A stretch of DNA of 64,000 nt from Candidatus Moraniibacteriota bacterium (lineage in GTDB: Bacteria; Patescibacteriota; Minisyncoccia; Moranbacterales; GWC2-37-73). The number at the start of each line of letters is the position of its first letter. The stretch's first letter is position 1. The notes beneath the pieces are model-generated. The model had not been told where the DNA came from, did no database searches, and was given only the letters and a program-made list of their open reading frames with translations. Position numbers and translations under genes: made by a program. The stretch spans positions 4,552 through 68,551 of the forward strand of contig DAIUDF010000002.1 of the NCBI GenBank assembly GCA_036845785.1, written 5' to 3'. Shown in pieces: positions 9,743-19,818 of this stretch.

Positions 9743-11575
9743 TTATTTGTAAAGCATGTTCGCCGGAACTATTTTAACATAGTTTTCTTCTCGTCCGCCT
9801 ATGATAACTTTCTTTATATAGTTTTCGGTTAGATATGCTTCCTTAAGATCAATGATGCTGTCAACGCCTGGAGCAAGTTTAAATGTCTTGGATTTTCTTC
9901 CGGAAGAAGCAATGACATAGTCGAAATGATAGGATTTAAGATCCTTTTTGCTGTATCCAATTACACATTTTCCCACAAATTCTGCGCAGACAGCGCCTTT
10001 GTCCGACCATATAACAATACTCCTGGCATCGGGCAGGGAATTCAGATATCTGGCTGTTTCATAGCTTCCATCACCCATATCTTTGTAATTTAGGAGGTAT
10101 TTTTGAGGAAGAAGAGGAGAAGCGAAAGCAAAATAGAAAGGACGAATTGAAAAAATTCCAATCAGTGAAATTGTAAAAACTATAATAATCGCAAGAATTC
10201 GTGAAACATACTTTCTGATTTTTTCTAGAGAAATTATTTGTGATAACCCAATGGCACTAATTATAAGGGCCAGAGGATAGAGCGTAATTTGATATCGGAC
10301 AGTTGCCGCAACGTTATTAACCGAAGAAGCAAAATAATAGAAAAGGATAAAAATTGAAAAATATAAAATTATACAGGCTTCCAAATTGTAAGTAGCTTTT
10401 CTTCTCAGGTTTTTATACAGAGCAAAAATCAAAGCAATCAGAGCCAGAGGACATATTCCAAAAATCAAGCTGTATGTGTCAGCAAGAATTGCTCCAACGT
10501 AAGAATTGAAAATATTTGATGCGCCAATGCCTTTCGGAGAAGAAAGAATTGAAACAAAGTCAAAAGGTTTCATTCCTAGATATGTGTCCAATATCGCAAA
10601 AATTATCACAAAAAGAAAAATTGCCGAAACAATTTGGACAAAATAGTGCCTGTATCTGGAGAAAAAATTCAGGATAAATTGCATCACTTTATTTTTTAAA
10701 GCAAAAATATCAAAAACTATAAAGGCAAAAACGCCCACAAAAAGCGGCCAAGTTGTTTTAAATGCCTGGCTCAAGAAAGTTCCTTTTAAAAGCACATTAA
10801 AATTAACCCAAGTTGCTGGATAGAAGACAAAAAAGATGGCAACAGAAACACCAACTATTATCAGATAATTTATAAAAGATTTTTTAAGATATTTTTGAAG
10901 CGGGGGTTTTTCTTCAGAAAAAATGTATTCGAGAAATGGAAGCATAAAGAAAAAAATGTACAGAATATTTGCGACATACTTAGTAAGAAGCGCCAATCCC
11001 ATAAAAAATCCGCTCAAAATAAGATAGGATTTTTTTTCTTCTTTTTTGAAAACAAAATAGCTTAAAAGAGAGAGTGGCAGGAAAATCCATAGCAGTGAAT
11101 CAGGATTTATTATAAGGGAAACCCCAAAGATGATAGGAGAAAAACTAATGAGAATAAATCCAAAAAGAGCGATAGTATTTCCGAAAAGTTTCTTCAGAAA
11201 AAAATAAAAAACTAAAAGCATCATTGTGCAAAACAAGAAAATTGGCAAGCGAAAATAAAAATTTATAGCTCTTATATGCCCAAGTTGTTCATCTGTTTTT
11301 TGCTCATCACGCAGATATTTATATTGCATCGGATCGTATTTCAAAAGACCAAAGCCGGACAAAATTGCCACGGTTATCCCGGGTTTATCATTCACACTTG
11401 TAGATTTCCATTTATAATTTTTGACTGCATTCCAAAATTTTGAAGTTCTCCCATATGTCCAATAGGGCTCGTCTACAGCAGAATATATTCCCAATCTTGA
11501 AAAACCTAAAAATAAATTTATGGCTAAAATAAGAGCTATTATTATTGGTGCAACTATTTTTTTGAGCATGTTCAT
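9743..11575 (-). CDS. GT-C fold glycosyltransferase, ArnT/PMT_2-like (GT39/83) with a 'DE' motif
   Basis: 610 aa polytopic. The first extracytoplasmic loop carries 'VDEPYWTY', the DE motif of PMT/ArnT enzymes. Confidence 0.6.
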   Translation of the reverse strand: MNMLKKIVAPIIIALILAINLFLGFSRLGIYSAVDEPYWTYGRTSKFWNAVKNYKWKSTSVNDKPGITVAILSGFGLLKYDPMQYKYLRDEQKTDEQLGHIRAINFYFRLPIFLFCTMMLLVFYFFLKKLFGNTIALFGFILISFSPIIFGVSLIINPDSLLWIFLPLSLLSYFVFKKEEKKSYLILSGFFMGLALLTKYVANILYIFFFMLPFLEYIFSEEKPPLQKYLKKSFINYLIIVGVSVAIFFVFYPATWVNFNVLLKGTFLSQAFKTTWPLFVGVFAFIVFDIFALKNKVMQFILNFFSRYRHYFVQIVSAIFLFVIIFAILDTYLGMKPFDFVSILSSPKGIGASNIFNSYVGAILADTYSLIFGICPLALIALIFALYKNLRRKATYNLEACIILYFSIFILFYYFASSVNNVAATVRYQITLYPLALIISAIGLSQIISLEKIRKYVSRILAIIIVFTISLIGIFSIRPFYFAFASPLLPQKYLLNYKDMGDGSYETARYLNSLPDARSIVIWSDKGAVCAEFVGKCVIGYSKKDLKSYHFDYVIASSGRKSKTFKLAPGVDSIIDLKEAYLTENYIKKVIIGGREENYVKIVPANMLYK

Positions 11576-11639
11576 TTTATATTATTATGTGACAATTCTA
11601 ACATAATTTAAGCCTTTTTTACAAGCTATAAACATCTTT

Positions 11640-11671
11640 TACAAAAAGATTTTTTCTGCTATTATTTACTT
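11640..11671 (+). promoter_or_regulatory. putative sigma70 promoter for GT-C paralog B
   Basis: TTTACA - 16/17 bp - TATTAT immediately upstream of the ATG at 11672. Confidence 0.35.
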
Positions 11672-13405
11672 ATGATAAAGAGCACAAAAAAATGGACAGT
11701 GGTTGCCTTATTTATTGTTATTGTTGGGGCAATATTTGTTAGAACCTACAATTTCAATGACTGGCTCTATTTTAAGATGGATCAATCAAGAGATGCATTT
11801 TTAATCGACAACATAGCTGAGAATGGACCGGGGTATCTGCCTCTTTTAGGAGCTAGAGCCGGAGCAACTGAAGTAGAAAAAGGCTTTTTGCGACTGGGAC
11901 CTATTTTCTATTATTTTCAATATATTTCAACCCAGATCTTTCATTCAACTGAACCGGCTGTCATGGCTTATCCCGATTTATTTTTTTCGGTAGCGGCAAT
12001 TATTCTCTTATATTTTTTTGCCAGGCTTTATTTTTCTCGCAAATATTCACTGATGATTATGGCGATGTATGCTTTTTCGTTCATTATCATCCAATATTCG
12101 CGTTTTGCTTGGAATCCAAATTCGTTGCAGTTTTTTCTTCTGCTTAGCTTCTATGGGATGCTGAGATTTTTCAGGGAACAAAATGAGATAAAAAAATATC
12201 TTTGGCTCGGGCTTTGGATCTTGGGTATAGTGGTCGGTTCACAATTGCATTTTTTCGGTTTTTTTGGGCTAGTTGGAATTTCCGGACTCTTTACATTGTT
12301 TAAATTGGAAGTATGGAAAAAGGAAAAAATTTGTTCATATTTCAGAAAAAAAACAATTCTCGAATTTTCCAAATATGCAGTGTTAGCACTTCTTATTTTT
12401 GTAGTTCTTTACTCGCCAGTTATAATTAGTGATATAAAAGAAGGGGGACAAAATTCAAGAAATTTTGTTTCAGCTTTAAGTTCAAAAGCAGAAAAGAAGC
12501 CGTTTACTAAAAAAATTACAAAAAACATTTCTGAAAATCTCAATTATTATTGCCTTATCACAACCTCGCAATGCTATGGAGAAGAAAATAATAAGGAAAA
12601 ATTTGCCATGATAATCACAGCCATAATTATTTTAGGCGGAATTATGGTGATTGTGCGTGCTTTCAGGAAGGAGGGTGATCCGGATAGGAAAAATTTTTTG
12701 GCGCTTATGCTCATTTGGATGGTGGTCTATTTTATTCTGATGATTCCGGTTTCATTCCAACTCCGTCCAAGGTTTTTTATTGTGGTCTTTGCAGTCCCAT
12801 TTATTTTACTCGGAATTATTTATGAATATTTAGCGGAAAAAATTAATCACAAAAGAGCAATTCAAATCAGTGTTTTAATCTCTATTTTGATAATCGCATG
12901 GAATTCTTATGGAACATATGCTTGGTTTTCTGAGCAAGCAAATTCACAAAAAGAAACAACGGAAATAAAAAGATCTCTCATTTTGAAATCCAAAGATGGG
13001 GTTTTGCTTTGGCATCTCCAAAATGCTGCTGATTGGATGTATTCTCAGCATGAACAAGGAAAAACTCTTTACTATTACGTTAAACCCGAACATGTACGTC
13101 CGATTGACTACTTGCTTTTCGAAAAACGTGACCCGAATTTGGTTTATGAAACAATGCAAATAAATGAAGATCCAAATGCGCAGTATTTTGCTATCACTCC
13201 TGCAAAAAACGGAATTGACCCAGTAGTTAAAAAATTTAACGAAAATGACATTTATCTTGTTCAGCAGAAACAGTTCGGACAAATTTTAGTTTCAGAGATA
13301 AATGTTAGCAATAGAAAAGTGTCTGCAACTTTTAAGTTTAACCGTCCAAAAACCAAGACAGATAGACTTTTTTGGAAAGATGTCTTTGGTAATAATAAAG
13401 AATAA
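11672..13405 (+). CDS. GT-C fold ArnT/PMT-like glycosyltransferase, paralog B
   Basis: 'VRTYNFNDWLYFKMDQSRDAFLI' and 'RFAWNPN' conserved with A, C and D; divergent C-terminal soluble domain. Confidence 0.55.
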   Translation: MIKSTKKWTVVALFIVIVGAIFVRTYNFNDWLYFKMDQSRDAFLIDNIAENGPGYLPLLGARAGATEVEKGFLRLGPIFYYFQYISTQIFHSTEPAVMAYPDLFFSVAAIILLYFFARLYFSRKYSLMIMAMYAFSFIIIQYSRFAWNPNSLQFFLLLSFYGMLRFFREQNEIKKYLWLGLWILGIVVGSQLHFFGFFGLVGISGLFTLFKLEVWKKEKICSYFRKKTILEFSKYAVLALLIFVVLYSPVIISDIKEGGQNSRNFVSALSSKAEKKPFTKKITKNISENLNYYCLITTSQCYGEENNKEKFAMIITAIIILGGIMVIVRAFRKEGDPDRKNFLALMLIWMVVYFILMIPVSFQLRPRFFIVVFAVPFILLGIIYEYLAEKINHKRAIQISVLISILIIAWNSYGTYAWFSEQANSQKETTEIKRSLILKSKDGVLLWHLQNAADWMYSQHEQGKTLYYYVKPEHVRPIDYLLFEKRDPNLVYETMQINEDPNAQYFAITPAKNGIDPVVKKFNENDIYLVQQKQFGQILVSEINVSNRKVSATFKFNRPKTKTDRLFWKDVFGNNKE

Positions 13406-13448
13406 GATAGTAAACTTAAAAATATAACAGGAGAGGAATAGGAAAAAT

Positions 13449-15158
13449 ATGCATAAAAAAATCATAAATTATTTCAAATTAGTTCCTAGACATGTCTGGG
13501 TTTTGGTTTTTATTATTGCCGTAGGAATATTTTTCCGTACCTACAATTTTCATGATTGGCTCCATTTTAAAGGCGACTCTTTTCGCGATGCAATTCTTGT
13601 TTCTCATTCCATCATAGACGGGCCAGCATTTCTTCCGCTTTTGGGTCCTCGTGCAGGAGGGACACAACTTCATCTTGGACCCATATTTTATTATTTCCAA
13701 TATATCTCAGGAACAATTTTTCAAAGCACCAGCCCTGTTGTGCTGGCTTTTCCGGATCTGTTCCTGTCTATTATGGCAATTCCTCTTTTCTTTTTAATGT
13801 TGCGAAGATATTTTTCTAAAAAAATTTCTTTGATTCTTACCGCCATGCTGGCAACTTGTTATATGGCTGTAGAATATGGAAGATTTGCCTGGAATCCAAA
13901 TTCAACCCCATTTTTTACGATATTATTTTTATATTCCTTGCTTAAGGCTTATGATTCTGAAAACAATCGTCAATATGCCTGGTTGGCAATTTCAGGGGGT
14001 GCACTAGCTATAGCCTCACAGCTTCATTTTAGCGCTTTCCTGGGTCTTCCAATTATATTTATCTTATTTGTTATTCTTAATTGGAAAAAATCTAAAAAAA
14101 TTATATTTTCCTGGAGATCTTTGCTGATATTTTTTGGAACCATCTTTGTCTTTTATATCCCGGTGATTATTTTTGAAGTTGTAACTCACGGAAAAAATAC
14201 ATTCTTGTTTTTCGATGCAGTCAATGGAAAGAGTTCAAACAGGGGATTGTGGAAAAATATAGTTCAAGAAACAAAAATGTTTTCAAAATATTTCTTATGG
14301 ATCGGGGCCGGAGTTTTTGAGGGCAAATGGTGGCAGGAGCTAGCAAGTAAATTTCTTGTTTTTGCCGGAATAGCCGCAAATCTTTTTCTTTTTAAGAAAG
14401 AAACAGATGAAAAGAAAAAAAGATTTCTTTTGCTGACTTTTATTTTTATGCTTGTCTATTTAGTCTTATATTTTCTTTTGGCTTTTGAAATAGAAAAATC
14501 TCGCTTCTTTCTTCCTTTAATAATCATGCCTTTTATTTTGGTAGGCTATCTTGCTTTACTTGCGGGCAAAACAAAATTTAAAAAAACATCCAATTTTTTT
14601 ATCGGAATTTTTATTATAGCGCTTATTTTTGGAAACGCTAGGTCAATAATGACTTGGTTTTCAGAAATGAAAGAATCAGAAACCGAGAGAGAGACTTCTT
14701 ATAAAGTATTGACAGAAAAGGATAAAAGTTTCTGGTGGACATGGGGGCGTTTCGAAAAAGCTGCAGACTATATGGATGAAAGTTGCCAAAAAAATGCCGT
14801 TTTCTTTTTGATGTCTAAAAAAACAAAAGACTATGACCATTCAATCGAGTATGCTTTGATTCAGAGAAACAGGAATCTCGCCATAGAATTGAAAGACAAA
14901 TTTAAAGAAAAATATGAAAATTATGATAGATGCTATTTTTATATTTCACTTGCAAAGGAAATATTACCTGATTTTGTCCAGCAGAAAAAGCATGACGAGC
15001 CTTTTTTTCTAGGAGACATGAAAATCACTCAGTGGTATCCAGAAAATGCGCTGCTGTCAGTTTCTCCGGCAAACAAAGATCCAGAAGAGCGAGATTCACT
15101 TGAAAAAATTATAGCATCCAAATATCCACGCTTGCAGTGGGGAGATTTATTTCAATAA
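13449..15158 (+). CDS. GT-C fold ArnT/PMT-like glycosyltransferase, paralog C
   Basis: 'FRTYNFHDWLHFKGDSFRDAILV', 'RFAWNPN'; divergent C-terminus. Confidence 0.55.
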   Translation: MHKKIINYFKLVPRHVWVLVFIIAVGIFFRTYNFHDWLHFKGDSFRDAILVSHSIIDGPAFLPLLGPRAGGTQLHLGPIFYYFQYISGTIFQSTSPVVLAFPDLFLSIMAIPLFFLMLRRYFSKKISLILTAMLATCYMAVEYGRFAWNPNSTPFFTILFLYSLLKAYDSENNRQYAWLAISGGALAIASQLHFSAFLGLPIIFILFVILNWKKSKKIIFSWRSLLIFFGTIFVFYIPVIIFEVVTHGKNTFLFFDAVNGKSSNRGLWKNIVQETKMFSKYFLWIGAGVFEGKWWQELASKFLVFAGIAANLFLFKKETDEKKKRFLLLTFIFMLVYLVLYFLLAFEIEKSRFFLPLIIMPFILVGYLALLAGKTKFKKTSNFFIGIFIIALIFGNARSIMTWFSEMKESETERETSYKVLTEKDKSFWWTWGRFEKAADYMDESCQKNAVFFLMSKKTKDYDHSIEYALIQRNRNLAIELKDKFKEKYENYDRCYFYISLAKEILPDFVQQKKHDEPFFLGDMKITQWYPENALLSVSPANKDPEERDSLEKIIASKYPRLQWGDLFQ

Positions 15159-15175
15159 TTATTAATACATAAAGC

Positions 15176-16825
15176 ATGTCTCTGAAAGATTTTCTAAAAA
15201 AAAGAGAACCTCAGATATTTGCAATAGCATTTGCCTTAATTTTGTTGCTGGGTATTTTTCTGAGGACCTACAACCATCATGATTGGCTCAGGTTTAATGC
15301 CGATCAGTCTAGGGATGCTCTGCTTGTGAATAATTTTCTTGAAGGAAAAATAGATTTGCCACTTTTAGGGCCAAAGGCCGGAGGAACATTTTTTAGTCTT
15401 GGGCCGATGTTCTATTATCTCCAAATTGCGTCAGCAAAAATATTCGGGACAACTCCTGACAAAATAGCGTATCCTGATCTTTTGTTTTCAATATTGGCAA
15501 TTCCTTTGCTGTATTTTTTAATGAGGATATATTTCAATAGATACGTTTCTTTTTCTTTAACAGGGCTTTTTAGTGTTTCAATGTTTGTGGTGCAATATTC
15601 TCGTTTTGCTTGGAATCCGAATGCCAGCCCATTTTTTGTTTTTCTTTTTCTATATTCACTCTTGATGCTGGCAAGCCTGGAAACAAAAAAGAAAATGTTT
15701 TGGGCATCTGTCGCAGGGATAGCTTTTGGAGCAGGGGTCCAACTCCATACGTTGCTGCTTATAATTATGCCGGCTATCGCAGTTTTATTTCTTGGATATT
15801 TTTGGAAAAAAAAGCTGATTTCAATAAAAAATTGCATTGCAATTTTTCTTATTGCTCTTGCGCTTAATACTCCGCAAATAATAAGTGAAATAAAAACAGA
15901 AGGACAGAATGTGCGCACATTTTTTGCAGGAACAATCAAGAAAACAGACGGGAAAGAGACTGTTTTAGAAAACCTTGCAAGTGATGCGGCATGCCAGATA
16001 CAGGCAAATTCATACATTATTTCTTCCTACGGCAACAGTGATAATTGCGGTGTGGATGTTATTTCAAGTTCTCTTAAAAAAGTAAAACATTTCGATAAAA
16101 AATTTTTGATAATCCTGGAACTTTTGCTTGGCACAATTTTTTCAATTGGAGGATTTTTGCTGTGGGGAAGAGCAGTTAAAAAAGAAAAAAATCAAGATAA
16201 AAAAATATTCCTTGTTTTACTGGGGACATATTTGTTAGCGGTTTTTGTTTTGCTTATACCGCTTGCTAATGAAATTTCACTCAGATTTTATCTTGCTTTA
16301 GAATTTGTTCCATTTATGCTTCTTGGCTTTTGGATTGTGGCAATCATCGAATGGACAAAAGAAAAATACAGAAAACATGTTGTTGTATTTCTAATCGTGG
16401 TGCTTCTCTTTTTGGCAGGCTGTAATATTTTTTCTGTGCAGGAATCTTTTGCAGCAGTTTCTGTTGAAGAAAAAATGGAAGATGCTGAATCTTTTATAAC
16501 ACTAGGAGAAACAGAGTTTATTTCCCGATATATTATTTCTCATTCAGGAGCGCAAAAAACAGTCTATGTTGAAGGGAAACAAATATATCTTTTTAAGTAT
16601 CTAAAGTCTATTGAATATTTCACAAGCCAAAGCGGAGTCAGCGTTAGACAAAAGTTAAAAGAAGAAGCTATTCCAGAAGGCGCAACTATTTTTATAATCG
16701 ATGACGCAAAATGGAAAGGAAATCTTAAAAAATCAATGCAAGAAACATACGAATCTTATGATGTAGAAGCATATGGACGCTTTTCGATAGCGATGATGCA
16801 GAAGAAAGAAATTATCAAAAATTAA
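15176..16825 (+). CDS. GT-C fold ArnT/PMT-like glycosyltransferase, paralog D
   Basis: 'LRTYNHHDWLRFNADQSRDALLV', 'RFAWNPN'. Shares an extra Cys-containing segment with paralog A. Confidence 0.55.
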   Translation: MSLKDFLKKREPQIFAIAFALILLLGIFLRTYNHHDWLRFNADQSRDALLVNNFLEGKIDLPLLGPKAGGTFFSLGPMFYYLQIASAKIFGTTPDKIAYPDLLFSILAIPLLYFLMRIYFNRYVSFSLTGLFSVSMFVVQYSRFAWNPNASPFFVFLFLYSLLMLASLETKKKMFWASVAGIAFGAGVQLHTLLLIIMPAIAVLFLGYFWKKKLISIKNCIAIFLIALALNTPQIISEIKTEGQNVRTFFAGTIKKTDGKETVLENLASDAACQIQANSYIISSYGNSDNCGVDVISSSLKKVKHFDKKFLIILELLLGTIFSIGGFLLWGRAVKKEKNQDKKIFLVLLGTYLLAVFVLLIPLANEISLRFYLALEFVPFMLLGFWIVAIIEWTKEKYRKHVVVFLIVVLLFLAGCNIFSVQESFAAVSVEEKMEDAESFITLGETEFISRYIISHSGAQKTVYVEGKQIYLFKYLKSIEYFTSQSGVSVRQKLKEEAIPEGATIFIIDDAKWKGNLKKSMQETYESYDVEAYGRFSIAMMQKKEIIKN

Positions 16826-16839
16826 TATTTTTTACATAA

Positions 16840-16866
16840 TAAAAACGCTCCGTAGGAGCGTTTTAA
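16840..16866. terminator. bidirectional terminator
   Basis: Perfect 8-bp stem AACGCTCC/GGAGCGTT with loop gta, flanked by A-run and T-run, between convergent genes. Confidence 0.55.
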
Positions 16867-16884
16867 AATATTTCTCAGAACTTT

Positions 16885-18414
16885 TTATGCTGCTGGTTCG
16901 TTGCCGGAAAGTTCTTCCTGAATTTCAACTTTCCTTTTCTTTTTAGCAATTATATGTTTGATATATTCCAGATCGTTCTTAGTGATTTCGCCCAAAACAT
17001 ATAAGATTAGCAGATATCCGGCAAATAGTATTACTGACCAAGCTATGAAAATAAATTCTCCTTTGGAAAAAAAGAGTGAAGCAGTAAACATCAGTCCGCC
17101 GGAAAAAATTATTTTCAGCAGGCTTTTAAGTTCGAGAATAACTCCGAAATCGCGTCTGACGTAGTGCAGGATTGCCAGCATAACCACAAAAGAAGTGATT
17201 GTGGTGGCGATTGCCGAACCGGCAATGCCATATTTATTGATCAGAATATAATTCAGAATTGTGTTGACAATGACTCCGAAAATGGAAATAAACATTGGAA
17301 TCTTGGTTTTGCCGGCGCCGTTCAAAACAAAACTCATGACATAAAAAATTGTCAGAAAACCGACGCCGTAGGCTAGAATTGACATCGGGAAAGCGGCGGC
17401 TAAATATTTGTGTCCGTAAAAAATTTGGATAATCGGTTCGGCAAATTGCGACATCAAAATTACCGAGGGCACCAGCAGGATCGTCATCAGCCGCATTGAT
17501 TGGCTGATAATTTTGTTGGTTTCGTCATGATTTTTTTCCGCCGTAGTTTTGGAAACGACAGGCAGCAGCATGATGGTCAGGGCGTAGAAAATATAGTAGG
17601 GAATGCGGCCGACAGTCAAAGCGCCATTATAGACTCCGGTTAAATAATCGTCATGCAAAATACCTTTGACCAAATATAAATCGATGCTGATTAAAAGTTC
17701 ATAAGCCAGAAAAAACAGGATAATCTGCCAGGCGTAGTTTATGAGTTTTTTGGTCTCAAATTGGCTCTCAAGGGCCAAATTTTGCGTTTTGGCGGCTTTT
17801 TTAAGCTCCTTGGTGTACTTGAGCTGGTCAAGCGCAAAAGCGATTAAAAAGACCAGAAATGCGGCCAAGGCATAACCCACGATCGAGCCTGGAACACGGA
17901 AAGCATAGGCCAGGCCGACAATGGCCGCTACCTTGAAAACAGAGCGCAGTGTCTTTAAAACTGACTGGACATTGAATTTGTGGAGGCCGGTGTAGAAAGA
18001 AAAGTAGAATGAGGCCATGGCAAAAGCCGGAATGATCAAAGTTGAAATTCTGAAAAGGGGAGTGAGACTTGGGTCGCCCAAAACATGGGAGATGAGAGGG
18101 GCTGAAAGAAAAAATATAATTGTAATTGCACCGATTAAAATCGTTTGCAAAACAATTGTTTTCTTTTTGATGGCCAGCACCAAGCGCGGGTTGGCTTCAA
18201 AAATCTCGCTGATATATTTGGCCATGGCGGTTGGGATGCCGTTGCCGATGAGAATGATGACCATGGTAGTCAAGGTCACAACTAGGCCATATCTGCCGTA
18301 ATCGGCAGGACCCAAAATCCTGCCCACCAAAGAGTGGATTACATAGCCGGAAAGATTGAAAATTATTTCCGAAACGACGAGCCAAAAAGTTGATCTAGCT
18401 AGGTTGGTTGACAT
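16885..18414 (-). CDS. polysaccharide biosynthesis / oligosaccharide flippase (Wzx, MOP superfamily)
   Basis: 509 aa with ~14 TM helices and the typical Polysacc_synt N-terminus 'ARSTFWLVVSEIIFNLSGYVIHSLVGRILGPADYG'. Confidence 0.6.
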   Translation of the reverse strand: MSTNLARSTFWLVVSEIIFNLSGYVIHSLVGRILGPADYGRYGLVVTLTTMVIILIGNGIPTAMAKYISEIFEANPRLVLAIKKKTIVLQTILIGAITIIFFLSAPLISHVLGDPSLTPLFRISTLIIPAFAMASFYFSFYTGLHKFNVQSVLKTLRSVFKVAAIVGLAYAFRVPGSIVGYALAAFLVFLIAFALDQLKYTKELKKAAKTQNLALESQFETKKLINYAWQIILFFLAYELLISIDLYLVKGILHDDYLTGVYNGALTVGRIPYYIFYALTIMLLPVVSKTTAEKNHDETNKIISQSMRLMTILLVPSVILMSQFAEPIIQIFYGHKYLAAAFPMSILAYGVGFLTIFYVMSFVLNGAGKTKIPMFISIFGVIVNTILNYILINKYGIAGSAIATTITSFVVMLAILHYVRRDFGVILELKSLLKIIFSGGLMFTASLFFSKGEFIFIAWSVILFAGYLLILYVLGEITKNDLEYIKHIIAKKKRKVEIQEELSGNEPAA

Positions 18415-18478
18415 AAATTAAATGACATGCTATTATTTTAAATTAAAAATCAAAAATAAAAAATGGGGAGGGAATTTG

Positions 18479-18811
18479 ATGAATACTTTTTTAGTTCTTT
18501 TAAAAATTGTAGGAGTGGTTGGTCCGATTTTGTTTTCTGTTTTAATAGCTTACAAAATTGTAGTAACCATGGGCACATTTTGTCAAGAAAGTTGCGGTTA
18601 CTTTAGCTTGGTATCAGTTGTGGCGGGCATAATGTATGCCGAACAGCTTTTATTGGTGGCTAAGCTAATGGAGAAACCTTTCTATGCTGGCGGACTTTTG
18701 TGCGGAATGATTATTTCAGTGACAATTTTTGCATGGCTAATGCATGCTTTGCTGAAAGATAATTTTTCCAGCGGACTTCATTTGTTATCTTTACGTGGAT
18801 TGATAATATAA
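18479..18811 (+). CDS. small multi-TM membrane protein (hypothetical)
   Basis: GGGGAGGG SD before the ATG at 18479. The track ORF from 18422 abuts the divergent neighbour and is less likely. Confidence 0.4.
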   Translation: MNTFLVLLKIVGVVGPILFSVLIAYKIVVTMGTFCQESCGYFSLVSVVAGIMYAEQLLLVAKLMEKPFYAGGLLCGMIISVTIFAWLMHALLKDNFSSGLHLLSLRGLII

Positions 18812-18843
18812 AAAAATTTAAAGGATAAAGGAGGAAAATATTT

Positions 18844-19176
18844 ATGTCGTTGTTTAAAAACATGAATCTGGAAAAGAGGAAGCTTCTTTTGGAAATTGCC
18901 AAAGAAGCAGAGGAAGAAACCCGCGAGCTTTTAGCGCATTTTAATAGCAAGGAACTCAGAGAAAGATGCCCTGACAGTACTGAAAGATTGAAAGCAAGCT
19001 GTCCCGAAAAGTTTATGGGAGGACCCATTTTTACAATGCGTTCCGCTCTCAAACTCAGAAAGGATGTCCTCACGGTTATTTTAAGAGGCTTTCTTAATGG
19101 AAAACACGACGATGAGGCTAAATTGCTGGATGAAAAATTATGCGCAGGAGTGAGAGGGCTTCTTGCCAGTCATTGA
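18844..19176 (+). CDS. hypothetical protein
   Basis: AAGGAGG SD 8 nt upstream; 110 aa; no recognisable domain. Confidence 0.4.
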   Translation: MSLFKNMNLEKRKLLLEIAKEAEEETRELLAHFNSKELRERCPDSTERLKASCPEKFMGGPIFTMRSALKLRKDVLTVILRGFLNGKHDDEAKLLDEKLCAGVRGLLASH

Positions 19177-19184
19177 TTTTTTAG

Positions 19185-19235
19185 CAAAATTCGCAAAAAC
19201 GCTTTCGGGTTTATAAAACCGGAAGCGCTTTTTTC
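19185..19235. terminator. bidirectional hairpin terminator overlapping the 3' end of 19211..19813
   Basis: GCGCTTTCGGGTTT ... AACCGGAAGCGC imperfect stem with T-runs on both sides. Confidence 0.35.
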
Positions 19236-19813
19236 ATTTCCTCAAAAATTTCTTCTTTATTTCTATTACCGTCAATGATTTTTAAATTCCAAACTGATGC
19301 CGCAGTGTCGTAGAGTTCTTTTTTCTTTTGCAAATAGGCAAGACCCTGATCAGGCTTTCTTTCTCTTCGCATAATAACTTCCGGATCAGCCTGAAGATAG
19401 GCAGCAACATCCGGCAAGGGTATTTTTTTTATCATGTCGCTATTGATAGATGACTTTCGGAAATTATCGGTTTTGCCTTGCAAATAAAGTAAATTTATCA
19501 GGTTATCATAAAAATATCTGTCGCTGATGAGATATTCAAAGCCATCTCTCTCTAATTTTTTTAAAAGCTTCTTGAATCTTAACAGATCGATGGGCAAAAA
19601 AATTCCTCGCAAAAATATCTGAAAAGAGTTTGCTTTCGTGACGCTCTTAGCCATTCCGCTTTTATTTTTTTTAAAAATCCGGTTAGCTAAACCGAAATGA
19701 ACAGCATGAAAATAAAAAACTTTCTTGCTCTGCGATTCAAGGTAATCTATAAGAAGTTTTATCTGGGTTGATTTTCCGGATCCATCCAGGCCGGAAATGG
19801 TAATGATTTTCAT
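19211..19813 (-). CDS. thymidylate-kinase-like P-loop nucleotide kinase
   Basis: P-loop 'ISGLDGSGKSTQ' and a 'DRY' motif (LISDRYFYD) as in dTMP kinases, but no REPGG motif, so possibly a divergent Tmk or another (d)NMP/substrate kinase. Confidence 0.45.
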   Translation of the reverse strand: MKIITISGLDGSGKSTQIKLLIDYLESQSKKVFYFHAVHFGLANRIFKKNKSGMAKSVTKANSFQIFLRGIFLPIDLLRFKKLLKKLERDGFEYLISDRYFYDNLINLLYLQGKTDNFRKSSINSDMIKKIPLPDVAAYLQADPEVIMRRERKPDQGLAYLQKKKELYDTAASVWNLKIIDGNRNKEEIFEEMKKALPVL

Positions 19814-19818
19814 ATAAA

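Noticed and set aside
15415-16017. 200-aa minus-strand ORF
   Set aside because: It lies entirely inside GT-C paralog D (15176-16825, +), which has strong family conservation. It is a shadow ORF in AT-rich sequence.
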